Assembly: GCA_050695215.1 (NCBI GenBank)
Contig: JBOGSD010000004.1
Span: 1,864 to 65,863 of the forward strand
Reading direction: 5' to 3'
Length of the DNA stretch: 64,000 nucleotides
Source of the DNA: a bacterium
Lineage (GTDB): Bacteria; Sysuimicrobiota; Sysuimicrobiia; Sysuimicrobiales; Humicultoraceae
Of the stretch, positions 9,284 to 18,020 are shown piece by piece (the first letter of the stretch is position 1; the number at the start of each line of letters is the position of its first letter). The position numbers and the translations under genes are program-made. The notes beneath the pieces are model-generated. The model saw nothing but the letters and a program-made list of their open reading frames with translations, ran no database searches and was not told the DNA's origin.

Positions 9284-10794
9284 GCCGCCCGTCCCGCCAT
9301 CATCAGGCCGATCTGTTCGCGGTCTGCCTCCGCGGCCTCGACGGTCCCGACGATCCGGCCCTCGAACAGCACCGCGATCCGGTCGCTGAGGGTGAGCACT
9401 TCTTCCAGGTCTTCGGAGACGAGCAGCACCCCGGCGCCCTCCGCGCGGCGCTGCAGCAACAGCGTCTGAATCTGCTCCGTCGCGGAGACGTCCAGGCCGA
9501 AGGTGGGGTGGGCGGCCACGATCAACCCGGGAGCGCCGGAGAGCTCTCGGGCCAGGATCAGCCGCTGGATGTTGCCGCCGGAGAGGTGGCGGGCCTGCGC
9601 GTGAGGGCCGGGAGTGGCGATCTCGTACTCGGCGATCATCCGCTCGGCGAACCGCGTGACCGCCGGAGCGTCGAGGAACGGCCCTCGGGAGAAGGGGGGG
9701 TAGCGGTACCGGTTCAGCACCAGGTTCTCCCCCACGGACATCCCGGGGACGATCCCCATGCGCACCCGCTCTTCGGGGATGTGCGCCACGCCGGCCTCGT
9801 GGACGGCGCGGGCCGAACGATTCGTCACGTCTCGGCCCAGGACGCGCACCCGTCCTGCGGAGGCGGGGCGAAGGCCGGTGGCGACCTCCACCAGTTCCCG
9901 CTGCCCGTTACCGGCCACTCCGGCGATCCCCAGGATTTCGCCGCGGCGCACGATAAACGACACGCCTTGGAGCGCGTCCCGCCCGCGGTCGCCGCGCGCC
10001 CAGAGACCGTCGGCGGCCAGGGCCTCCGCCTCGCCAGGACTCCCGGTCTTGGTGCGGCGCAGCCCGATGTCCCGGCCGACCATCATCCGCGCCAGGCTGC
10101 GGACCTCGGCCTGGGCGATCGGCACGGTATCGACGACCTGCCCCCGGCGCAGCACCGTCACCCGATCGGCCACTTCCATGACCTCGTCGAGCTTATGGGT
10201 GATGAAGATGACGGCGTGCCCTTCCTCCTTCATCCGCCGCAGGACGGCGAAGAGCCCCCTCGCCTCCTGGGGGGTGAGGACACTGGTGGGTTCGTCGAGG
10301 ACCAGGATCTGCGCGCCGCGCAGCAGCGCCTTCAGAATCTCCACCCGCTGCTGCTCACTGACCGACAGCTCCCAGACGTGTGCCTGAGGATCGACGACCA
10401 GCCCGTAGCGTTCGGCCAGTGCGGTGATCCGCGGGGCCACCTGGCGCGCCGGAAAGAGGGCGCCGGCCCCGGGCAGGCCCAGGGCGACATTCTCGGCGAC
10501 GGTGTGGCGCCGCACCAGGAGGAAGTGCTGCGGCACCATGCCGATGCCTTGCGCGATGGCGTCGCGGGGAGCGCGGACATGTACGGGGCGGCCGCGCACC
10601 AGGATCTCTCCGCCATCGGGCTGGTAGATCCCGTAGAGGATGTTCATCAGCGTGGTCTTGCCGGCGCCGTTTTCCCCGAGCAGCGCGTGGACCTCGCCTG
10701 CGCGCACCTCCAGGGAGACGCGGTCGTTGGCGACCACCCCGGGGAAGGCTTTTGTGATGCTCCGCAGGGTCAGGAATGCAGAGGGGGCGCTCAT
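9280..10794 (-). CDS. ABC transporter ATP-binding protein with two fused ATPase domains (nucleoside/sugar type)
   Basis: Two Walker A / ABC signature sets (GENGAGKTTLMN, LSVSEQQRVEI; second domain IAGVAGNGQREL, LSGGNIQRLILAREL). Confidence 0.9.
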   Translation of the reverse strand: MSAPSAFLTLRSITKAFPGVVANDRVSLEVRAGEVHALLGENGAGKTTLMNILYGIYQPDGGEILVRGRPVHVRAPRDAIAQGIGMVPQHFLLVRRHTVAENVALGLPGAGALFPARQVAPRITALAERYGLVVDPQAHVWELSVSEQQRVEILKALLRGAQILVLDEPTSVLTPQEARGLFAVLRRMKEEGHAVIFITHKLDEVMEVADRVTVLRRGQVVDTVPIAQAEVRSLARMMVGRDIGLRRTKTGSPGEAEALAADGLWARGDRGRDALQGVSFIVRRGEILGIAGVAGNGQRELVEVATGLRPASAGRVRVLGRDVTNRSARAVHEAGVAHIPEERVRMGIVPGMSVGENLVLNRYRYPPFSRGPFLDAPAVTRFAERMIAEYEIATPGPHAQARHLSGGNIQRLILARELSGAPGLIVAAHPTFGLDVSATEQIQTLLLQRRAEGAGVLLVSEDLEEVLTLSDRIAVLFEGRIVGTVEAAEADREQIGLMMAGRAA

Positions 10795-10967
10795 GGAAAA
10801 ACCGAACGATGGCTGATTTTGGTCTGGCCTCTCCCTGTACGTTGAGGGTTCTCTTCGCGTGCCTCTCCTTTCCTTCCGCGTCCTGCATCAGAACCGATGG
10901 TTCGCATTTTCCACCGACGAGACCGCAGAGGGAAATGGTTCAGCGAACGGTGAAAAGGACCTGACCG

Positions 10968-11834
10968 ATGGACGTCTTCCTCCCGCAGTCTCTTCAGGAA
11001 GCCCTGGAGATGAAAGCTGATCACCCCGAGACGGTGCCGATTGCCGGAGGCACCGATCTGATGGTCGAGTTGAACTTCGACCGCCGCCGGCCGGAGCGGA
11101 TGATGGACCTCTCCCGCCTTCCCGAGTTGCGAGAGTGGCGGCGGGAGGACGGCCGCCTCTTCCTCGGAGCCGGAGTCACCTACACCCGGATCATCCGCGA
11201 GTTGCCAGAGTTCGGACCCCTGGTGGAAGCCTCCCGCACCGTCGGGTCGCTTCAGATCCGCAACCGCGCCACGGTGGGCGGCAACCTGGGAACCGCCTCC
11301 CCCGCCGGCGATGCGCTCCCCGTTCTGGCTGCCTACGACGCGGAGGTCATCCTGGCGCGCGCCGGGGGGAAGACGCGTACCCTGCCCTTTGCCCGGTTCA
11401 TGACCGGACCCAAAAAGACCGGCATCGACGCGGCGGAGTTGATCCTGGGGGCGCGGTGGCGGGTCACGCGCGGCCCGGGTTCCTTTTCCAAGGTGGGCCC
11501 GCGCAACGCGATGGTCATTGCGGTAGCCAGTGTGTGCCTCGTGCTCGACGCCGAGAGCCGGCAGGTGCGGACCGCGCTGGGCTCGGTGGGACCGACGATC
11601 TTGCGGGCCGCAGAGGCGGAAGCCTTCGCGGCCGAGGCCCTCTCCACGGCAGGGTGGTGGGAGGACCACGCCGCCCCGGTCGCGGCCGGAGTGACGACGG
11701 AGTTCGGTGAGCGGGTGGCCGACGCCGCTAGGCCCATCGACGACGTCCGGGGCACCGCCCGTTACCGCCGCCACGTTTGCGCGGTGCTGGCTCGCCGCGC
11801 CCTCACTTGGGCGCTGGCCGATCGGAGTTCCTGA
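10968..11834 (+). CDS. Xanthine dehydrogenase / molybdo-hydroxylase FAD-binding subunit (CoxM/XdhB family)
   Basis: N-terminus MDVFLPQSLQEALEMKADHPETVPIAGGTDLMVELNF is typical of FAD-binding CoxM-like subunits. Confidence 0.85.
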   Translation: MDVFLPQSLQEALEMKADHPETVPIAGGTDLMVELNFDRRRPERMMDLSRLPELREWRREDGRLFLGAGVTYTRIIRELPEFGPLVEASRTVGSLQIRNRATVGGNLGTASPAGDALPVLAAYDAEVILARAGGKTRTLPFARFMTGPKKTGIDAAELILGARWRVTRGPGSFSKVGPRNAMVIAVASVCLVLDAESRQVRTALGSVGPTILRAAEAEAFAAEALSTAGWWEDHAAPVAAGVTTEFGERVADAARPIDDVRGTARYRRHVCAVLARRALTWALADRSS

Positions 11835-12322
11835 TGCTGGTCAAGACACGGGTCAACGGTGAGTGGAAGACCGCCGACGTGTGGGGCGGAGCAAGCCTGC
11901 TTTCCATGCTCCGGGAGCAACTGGGCCTCCCGGGCAGCAAGAACGCCTGCGAGCAGGGAGAGTGCGGCTCCTGCTCGGTCTGGGTGGACGGCGAACTGGT
12001 CTGCGCCTGCCTCGTTCTGGCCGCCCAGGCCCATGAGCGCGAAGTCCGAACGGTGGAGGACCTCGCCCCCGAGGGGGGCCTGCACCCCGTGCAGGAGGCT
12101 TTCATCGAGAGCGGCGCGGTGCAATGCGGCTTCTGTACGCCGGGGCTGGTCGTCGCGGTCACCGACCTGCTGGCGCGGGACCCGGCTCCCAGCGAGGTCG
12201 CGGTGCGCGAGGCGTTGTCGGGAAATGTCTGCCGGTGCACCGGCTACGCGAAAATCCTGGACGCGGTCCAGGTGGCCGCGCGGCGGATGCGCGAGGGCCA
12301 TCTCGGCGAGGCCGGCCGGTGA
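11834..12322 (+). CDS. Xanthine dehydrogenase (2Fe-2S)-binding subunit (CoxS/XdhC-small family)
   Basis: Cysteine motifs CEQGECGSCSV and CGFCTPG...NVCRCTGY. ATG at 11834 overlaps the upstream stop (TGATG). The upstream part of the ORF-track ORF is not coding. Confidence 0.85.
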   Translation: MLVKTRVNGEWKTADVWGGASLLSMLREQLGLPGSKNACEQGECGSCSVWVDGELVCACLVLAAQAHEREVRTVEDLAPEGGLHPVQEAFIESGAVQCGFCTPGLVVAVTDLLARDPAPSEVAVREALSGNVCRCTGYAKILDAVQVAARRMREGHLGEAGR

Positions 12323-13695
12323 GCAAGATCCTGATCGAAGGCTGCGAGGTCGTCGTCACAATGGACGACGCGGGTCGGGAGATCGGCGGTGGCTCCATCC
12401 TGATCGATGGCGGTCAGATCACCTGGGTGGGCGCGGGCGAGCCAGACCCTTCTGTGTCTCGCGGCGCGGCGCGTGTAGATGGGCGGGGCACGATCGCTCT
12501 ACCCGGTTTGATCAATACCCACCACCATCTCTACCAGACGCTCACCCGGGCGCGGGCGGTCGACCAGGGACTCTTCGGCTGGCTGAAAGCGCTCTACCCG
12601 GTCTGGGCGGGGCTCGACGAGGAATGGGTCTGGACCGGCGCGCGGGTCGGCCTGGCCGAACTCGCCCTCTCCGGCTGCTCGACGACCACCGACCATCTCT
12701 ACATCTTTCCGCCGGGGCGACCGGGGTTGCTCGAGGCTGAGATCCGCGCCGCGTCCGAGATCGGCCTGCGCTTCCATCCCTGCCGCGGTTCCATGGATCT
12801 CGGTGCATCGCGCGGCGGCCTACCGCCGGATGAGATCGTGCAGGATCTCGACGCGATCCTCGCCGAGACCGAGGAAGCGGTACGCCGCCACCACGACCCG
12901 CGGCGTGGCTCAATGCTCCGTCTCGCCGTCGCCCCTTGCTCGCCCTTTTCCGTGACGCGGGAACTAATGGAAGCATCGGCCGCCCTGGCCCGCGGGTTGG
13001 GCGTCCGGCTGCACACGCACATCGCCGAGACGCTCGACGAAGAGGCTTACTGCCGGCAAACCTACGGCCGCAGGCCCATGGAACTGCTCGACGACCTCGG
13101 CTGGCTGGGCGAGGACGTGTGGCTGGCCCACTGCGTGCACCTATCCCCCGGAGACATCGGCGCCATGGCGTCCAGCCGATCCGGCGTGGCCTGGTGCCCG
13201 ACCTCGAACCTGCGGATCGCGTCGGGTGTCGCGCCCGTGCGCTCCCTGCTCGATGCGGGGGCGCGAGTCGGGCTGGGGGTGGACGGCTCCGCGTCGAACG
13301 ATGGCGGCGATCTCCTGGCCGAAGCGCGCATGGGGATGCTGGTCCAGCGGCTGGGCGGAGCCGCGGCGATGAGCGCGCGCGAGGTGCTGCGCGTGGCCAC
13401 ACGCGGCGGAGCGGGTTGTCTGGGCAGGGATGACATCGGGTCCCTCGAGGTGGGGAAGCGCAGCGATATCGCCCTCTTCGACGTGGAGGGTCTGGCCTTC
13501 GCCGGCGCCGAGACCGACCCGGTGGCGGCGCTGATGTTCTGCGCGCCCCAGCGCGTACGGGACCTCTTTGTGGAGGGGCGGCGGGTCGTCCGCGACCGGC
13601 GCCTCGTGCGCGTGGAGGAAGACGCGATCGCGGCCGAGGGACACCGCATAGGCCGGCGCATTGCGGAGGGGACCTATCGGAGGGTCGCCTCGTGA
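12319..13695 (+). CDS. Amidohydrolase-superfamily aminohydrolase (SsnA / 8-oxoguanine- or guanine-deaminase-like)
   Basis: GTG at 12319 overlaps the upstream stop (GTGA). Motifs LPGLINTHHHLYQT, HTHIAET and HCVHL are typical of the ATZ/TRZ-SsnA deaminase branch. The 65 aa that the ORF track places before this GTG are Arg/Gly-rich. Confidence 0.8.
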   Translation: MSKILIEGCEVVVTMDDAGREIGGGSILIDGGQITWVGAGEPDPSVSRGAARVDGRGTIALPGLINTHHHLYQTLTRARAVDQGLFGWLKALYPVWAGLDEEWVWTGARVGLAELALSGCSTTTDHLYIFPPGRPGLLEAEIRAASEIGLRFHPCRGSMDLGASRGGLPPDEIVQDLDAILAETEEAVRRHHDPRRGSMLRLAVAPCSPFSVTRELMEASAALARGLGVRLHTHIAETLDEEAYCRQTYGRRPMELLDDLGWLGEDVWLAHCVHLSPGDIGAMASSRSGVAWCPTSNLRIASGVAPVRSLLDAGARVGLGVDGSASNDGGDLLAEARMGMLVQRLGGAAAMSAREVLRVATRGGAGCLGRDDIGSLEVGKRSDIALFDVEGLAFAGAETDPVAALMFCAPQRVRDLFVEGRRVVRDRRLVRVEEDAIAAEGHRIGRRIAEGTYRRVAS

Positions 13696-16097
13696 GCGCG
13701 GTACGAACAATTCGCAAGACTCGGGGGGTGGTGGGCGAGAACGTTCGCCGCGTCGACGGCACCCCCAAGGTCAAGGGGCTGTTTCAGTTCGGCAGCGACC
13801 TCTGGGCCGAGGGAATGCTGTGGGGGCACACGGTGCGCAGTCCCCACCCCTCCGCGCGCATCCGCTCGATCGACATCGCCAAAGCGGTCGCCACCCCAGG
13901 CGTCGCGGCCGTGCTGCTGGCCGCCGACGTCCCCGGCAAGAAAACCTACGGCTTGGAGTTTTCCGATCAGCCGGTGCTGGCCTGGGAGCGCGTGCGGTAT
14001 GCCGGCGAGCCTGTGGCGATTCTCGCTGCGGTGGACTTAGAAACCGCACGGCGCGCCGCGGAAAAGATCGTCATGGACTACGAAGAGTTGTCGCCCGTTA
14101 CCGACATGGAGGAGGCTCTCAGCCCCGACGCGCCGCGCGTACATGACTTCGGCAACGTGCTGCGCCACGTCCGCATCGAGCACGGCGATCCGGACGCCGA
14201 GGCCGAGGTCTGGGTGGACGGCTACTACGAAACGGGGATGCAGGATCAGGCGATGTTGGGGCCCGAGTCCGGCATGGCGGTGCCGGCGGACGACGGCGGC
14301 GTCGACCTCTACGTGGCCACGCAGTGGCTGCACGTAGACCGGGAGCAGATCGGGCCCTGTCTGAACCTGCCCCCGGACAAGGTCCGGCTGCACCTTTCCG
14401 GCGTCGGCGGGGCCTTCGGCGCGCGGGAGGACGTGAGCATGCAGATCCACGCCTGCATGCTGGCGCTGCGCACGGGCCGGCCGGTGAAGATCTCCTACGG
14501 CCGGGAGGAATCCTTCTACGGCCACGTGCACCGCCACCCCGCCCGCATGTGGATGCGGCACGGCGCCCGGCGAGACGGCGCCCTGGTCAACGTCCACGCC
14601 CGCATCCTCCTCGACGGGGGGGCCTACGCCTCCTCGTCAGCGGCCGTCATCCACAACGCCGCCACCTTCGCCGCCGGACCGTATGAGGTCCCCAACGCAC
14701 TGATCGAGGCGACCTGTGTCTACACGAACAACCCTCCCTGCGGCGCCATGCGCGCCTTCGGGGCGCTGCAGGCCGCGATCGGCTACGAGGCGCAGATGGA
14801 TAAGCTGGCCCGGGCGCTGGGGATCGACCCCATCGACCTGAGGCTCAAGGACGCGGTGTCGACGGGATCGGTTTTGCCGACGGGCCAGGTCCTCCGTGGG
14901 GCGGCGCCCGTGCGCGAGGTGATCCGGCGGTGCGCCGCCATCCCGCTACCGCCGCCAGCGCCGGCCGGGCGGCGCGACCCCCTTTCGCTGCCCGGTGGGG
15001 CCGGCAACGTCTCCCGCGGCGAGCGGCTCCGCCGCGGCGTCGGGTTTGCCTTGGGGTACAAGAACATCGGCTACAGCGGCGGTTTCGATGACTCCGCGGA
15101 GGCACGCGTGCGGCTCTTCGCCGGCTCCGGGGGGGCCATCGCGGAGGTGCACAGCGCCGCGGCCGAGGTCGGCCAGGGCATCCAGACGATCCTGTTGCAG
15201 ATCGCGCGGACGGAACTGGGTATCGAGCAGGTGGTCCTGCACCCTCCGGATACGAGCGTCGGATCGGCGGGGTCCACCTCGGCGTCCCGGCAGACGATGA
15301 TGTCCGGGGGCGCCGTGCAACTGGCGTGCGCGGCGGTGCGCGATGAACTCTTCGCGCGGGCGCGCCGGCGCGCCGCGGGCACGGGACGCACCCTCCCCGA
15401 CGACCTCTCCCTAGAGGGTGGCCAGGTGCTCTCGGGCGCGGACGTCGTCGGGCCGGTCGAGACGTTCTTGGAGACGCCGATCGAGCAGACGCGCGCCTAT
15501 CATCACCGGCGGACGACGCCGCTTGACGCAAAGGGCCAGGGCGATCCGCACGTCTCTTTTGGGTTCGCGGCGGAGCGGGCGGTGGTCGAAGTAGATGAAG
15601 ACCTGGGGCTGGTGCGCGTGGTGCAGATCGCCGCGGCCCAGGACGTCGGCCGCGCGCTCAATCCGCAGGGGGTGTACGGCCAGATCGAGGGCGGCACGGC
15701 GCAAGGGCTGGGCTTTGCCTTGATGGAGGAGATTCAGGTCCAGGACGGTCTGATCAAAAACGCCTCCTTCACCGACTACCTGATTCCTACGATCCTGGAC
15801 ATGCCGCCGGTCCTCTCCGTGCTGATTGAAGAGCCCGAGCCGGGTGTGCCCTTTGGGGCTAAGGGCGTGGGTGAGATGTCCATGATCGTCTCCACGCCGG
15901 CGATCCTCGCCGCCCTCCGCGACGCCACCGGCCGCGAACTCAACCGCGCCCCGGTGCGCCCCGACGACCTGATCGGGCTCGCGCCTCCCGTCACTTCCGC
16001 CGGACCGCCGCCATCGCCCGACGTCCCCGGCCCCGAACCTATCCCCGCGCTGCACGGCCTGACCGCGGGCCAAGAGAACCTCGGCGGCAGTGCATAG
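13692..16097 (+). CDS. Xanthine dehydrogenase / molybdo-hydroxylase molybdopterin-binding large subunit
   Basis: 801 aa, CoxL/XdhA family (GEPVAILAA, ...GVGGAFGARED..., ...AKGVGEMS). GTG start overlaps the previous stop (GTGA). Confidence 0.9.
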   Translation: MSAVRTIRKTRGVVGENVRRVDGTPKVKGLFQFGSDLWAEGMLWGHTVRSPHPSARIRSIDIAKAVATPGVAAVLLAADVPGKKTYGLEFSDQPVLAWERVRYAGEPVAILAAVDLETARRAAEKIVMDYEELSPVTDMEEALSPDAPRVHDFGNVLRHVRIEHGDPDAEAEVWVDGYYETGMQDQAMLGPESGMAVPADDGGVDLYVATQWLHVDREQIGPCLNLPPDKVRLHLSGVGGAFGAREDVSMQIHACMLALRTGRPVKISYGREESFYGHVHRHPARMWMRHGARRDGALVNVHARILLDGGAYASSSAAVIHNAATFAAGPYEVPNALIEATCVYTNNPPCGAMRAFGALQAAIGYEAQMDKLARALGIDPIDLRLKDAVSTGSVLPTGQVLRGAAPVREVIRRCAAIPLPPPAPAGRRDPLSLPGGAGNVSRGERLRRGVGFALGYKNIGYSGGFDDSAEARVRLFAGSGGAIAEVHSAAAEVGQGIQTILLQIARTELGIEQVVLHPPDTSVGSAGSTSASRQTMMSGGAVQLACAAVRDELFARARRRAAGTGRTLPDDLSLEGGQVLSGADVVGPVETFLETPIEQTRAYHHRRTTPLDAKGQGDPHVSFGFAAERAVVEVDEDLGLVRVVQIAAAQDVGRALNPQGVYGQIEGGTAQGLGFALMEEIQVQDGLIKNASFTDYLIPTILDMPPVLSVLIEEPEPGVPFGAKGVGEMSMIVSTPAILAALRDATGRELNRAPVRPDDLIGLAPPVTSAGPPPSPDVPGPEPIPALHGLTAGQENLGGSA

Positions 16098-16131
16098 CCA
16101 TCCAGACCTCCCGATCACATAGGGATAGCGA

Positions 16132-16165
16132 TTGACAGCTTCATGGTATGATAGTTGGTAATACC
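16132..16165 (+). promoter_or_regulatory. Putative mazEF promoter/operator (extended -10 TGgTATGAT, inverted repeat GGTAT-N13-ATACC)
   Basis: TTGACA at 16132-16137, TGgTATGAT at 16144-16152, and GGTAT...ATACC flanking the -10, about 30 nt upstream of the antitoxin ATG. The TTGACA-to-TATGAT spacing is non-canonical, so the call is tentative. Confidence 0.3.
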
Positions 16166-16191
16166 GCGTTGCCACAGGGGGCTCAACCGCA

Positions 16192-16431
16192 ATGAGATCG
16201 GCCAAGGTGGCCATCACGATGAGACAAGAGCTACTGACACAGATTGACCGGTGGGTGGCAGAAGGCCGGTATCCGAACCGCAGCCAGGCGATCCAGGCCG
16301 CCGTCAGCGAAAAACTGGACCGCGCCTCCCGGACCCGCCTGTCGGAGGAAGTGGCGAAGCTCGACCCCGAAGAGGAACGGGCGCTGGCGGAAGAAGGCCT
16401 CACGGACGTCCCAGGGTGGCCTCCCTATTGA
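16192..16431 (+). CDS. Type II antitoxin, ribbon-helix-helix (CopG/MazE-like)
   Basis: 79 aa starting MRSAKVAITMRQELLTQIDRWVAEGRYPNRSQAIQAAV, which is an RHH motif. Its stop overlaps the toxin start. Confidence 0.7.
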   Translation: MRSAKVAITMRQELLTQIDRWVAEGRYPNRSQAIQAAVSEKLDRASRTRLSEEVAKLDPEEERALAEEGLTDVPGWPPY

Positions 16432-16766
16432 GAAGACGTATTTCCCGCGGAGATATCTTCTGGGCGGACCTGAACCCTGTGCGGGGTCATGAACAGGCGG
16501 GCCTCCGGCCCGTTCTCGTGATCAGCCACGATGTCTTCAACGCACGGTCGGGGACGGTAATCGCACTGGCCATCACCAGCCAGCCGCAACGCGCGGGTTT
16601 TCCTCTGACGATTCAACTGGAGAGCGTACGCTTGCCCAGGTCCTCGTGGATCAAGATCAGCCAGATCCGCACGCTTTCAACGGAGCGCTTGGATCGCCGC
16701 CTCGGGACCATCTCCGCTGAAGAACTAGACCGCATCGTTGAAGGGCTACTCGAACTGATCGTATAG
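16428..16766 (+). CDS. mazF: Type II toxin, MazF/PemK-family endoribonuclease
   Basis: TTG start at 16428 overlaps the antitoxin stop. Protein LRRRISRGDIFWADLNPVRGHEQAGLRPVLVISHDVFN...AITSQ has the MazF/PemK/CcdB-fold signature. Confidence 0.8.
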   Translation: MRRRISRGDIFWADLNPVRGHEQAGLRPVLVISHDVFNARSGTVIALAITSQPQRAGFPLTIQLESVRLPRSSWIKISQIRTLSTERLDRRLGTISAEELDRIVEGLLELIV

Positions 16767-16786
16767 TTCAGTGGATCGTAACGACA

Positions 16787-16808
16787 ACTCGGCCCGAGCC
16801 GAGTTTAC
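16787..16808 (+). terminator. Weak hairpin (ACTCGGC-ccga-GCCGAGT) followed by TTTA, after mazF
   Basis: 7-bp stem with a 4-nt loop and a short T-tract. It may partly insulate mazEF from the downstream operon. Confidence 0.3.
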
Positions 16809-16826
16809 ATCCGACATGATGTCCCC

Positions 16827-18020
16827 GTGAACTGCATCTACTGCGACCAGATCCTCAGCGCCGACCCGGGCTACGCGCCCCGGTCTGCCGAGTTTGACCT
16901 CGGCTCGGAGGCGCCGCGCTGCGCCTGGCACTGGCGTTACGTTTGCGATCACTGCGGTGAGCCGGGCCACTTCATGGCGCGCTTCTACTGTCCTACCTCG
17001 GGCCGGCTCCTCTGCCGTGAGACCGGGGCCGTGGAATTTCAGGACGGCGCCTTCTGGGCCTGGCAGTACTGGTGGACGCTGACCTGTCCGGAGTGTGGGC
17101 AACGTCACCACGCGTTGGATCGGGCTGAGTTCGAAGGCCGCCACCCCTGGCAGATCGATCCTCACGCCGGCCAGGCGCGGCGCTGGCTTTCCTCAGACCC
17201 GTACCTGTCGCGCTATCCACCCGCCCGGCTGGACCGCGTCCCGCTCGACGCGGTGACCGACGCGGACGTCGGCGCCAGCTGGAGCGCCAACGCCGCGACC
17301 TGGCTCGCCGGATACGACGAGCGCGGCGACCACACGCGCAAGTATCAGAGCGACCCGGTGCTCCTCGACGTCCTGGGAGAAGTGCGCGGGCTGCACATCC
17401 TCGATGCGGGCAGCGGGGGCGGGTACCTCTCCCGCCTGCTGGCCAGACGAGGGGCACACATGGTTGGCGTTGAAAACGCCCGTGCCATGCACGAGGCGGC
17501 GCTGGCAGAGTATAGTCGAGAGCCGCTGGGAATCGAGTTCCACCACGCCTCCATCTCGGCGATGCCTTTTCTCGATGACGCCTCATTCGATGCCGCGGTC
17601 GCCAACTTCGTGCTGATGGACGTGCGGGACTACGAGGGGGCCATCGCCGAGATCGCGCGCGTGCTGCGGCCTCGGGGTCTCTTCGTTGCCGTCATCTCCC
17701 CTTCGTCTTTTGAAGCCCGTTGGCACACTCCGGCCCCGGACTCACCGCGGCGCGAGGACCGCGCCGGGTGGATAGACGACGATTACTTTATCCGGCGCGC
17801 CGGCTACTCACAGTGGGGCGACCTCAAGCCCTTGCTCACGTTTCACCGTCCGCTGCGCGACTACATCGCCGCCTGCAAACGTTCCGGCCTGCAACTGCGC
17901 GATCTGGAAGAACCGGAGATGTCAGACGAAGCCAAGCGGGAGTGGCCCGCCGCGGTGATCCGCCATCATGCCCGCGTCTCGTGGGCCTACGTGCTCAAGT
18001 TTGTGAAGGTGGATCTGTAA
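16827..18020 (+). CDS. Class I SAM-dependent methyltransferase (Methyltransf_11-like) with an N-terminal Cys-rich zinc-ribbon domain
   Basis: GTG start. N-terminal ~100 aa contains CIYCDQ, CAWHW, CDHCGEPGH, YCPTSGRLLC and CPECGQRHH. C-terminal ILDAGSGGGYLSRLLARRG...LRPRGLFVAVI is a Rossmann SAM-binding motif I / post-I. Confidence 0.8.
   Translation: MNCIYCDQILSADPGYAPRSAEFDLGSEAPRCAWHWRYVCDHCGEPGHFMARFYCPTSGRLLCRETGAVEFQDGAFWAWQYWWTLTCPECGQRHHALDRAEFEGRHPWQIDPHAGQARRWLSSDPYLSRYPPARLDRVPLDAVTDADVGASWSANAATWLAGYDERGDHTRKYQSDPVLLDVLGEVRGLHILDAGSGGGYLSRLLARRGAHMVGVENARAMHEAALAEYSREPLGIEFHHASISAMPFLDDASFDAAVANFVLMDVRDYEGAIAEIARVLRPRGLFVAVISPSSFEARWHTPAPDSPRREDRAGWIDDDYFIRRAGYSQWGDLKPLLTFHRPLRDYIAACKRSGLQLRDLEEPEMSDEAKREWPAAVIRHHARVSWAYVLKFVKVDL

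Noticed and set aside
9235-10845. 536-aa plus-strand ORF
   Set aside because: It runs antisense to the double-domain ABC ATPase, which has clear Walker/ABC signatures on the other strand. The product is Arg/Gly/Asp-rich junk.
12542-13774. 410-aa minus-strand ORF
   Set aside because: It runs antisense to the SsnA-like aminohydrolase. The translation is about 25% Arg plus Pro.
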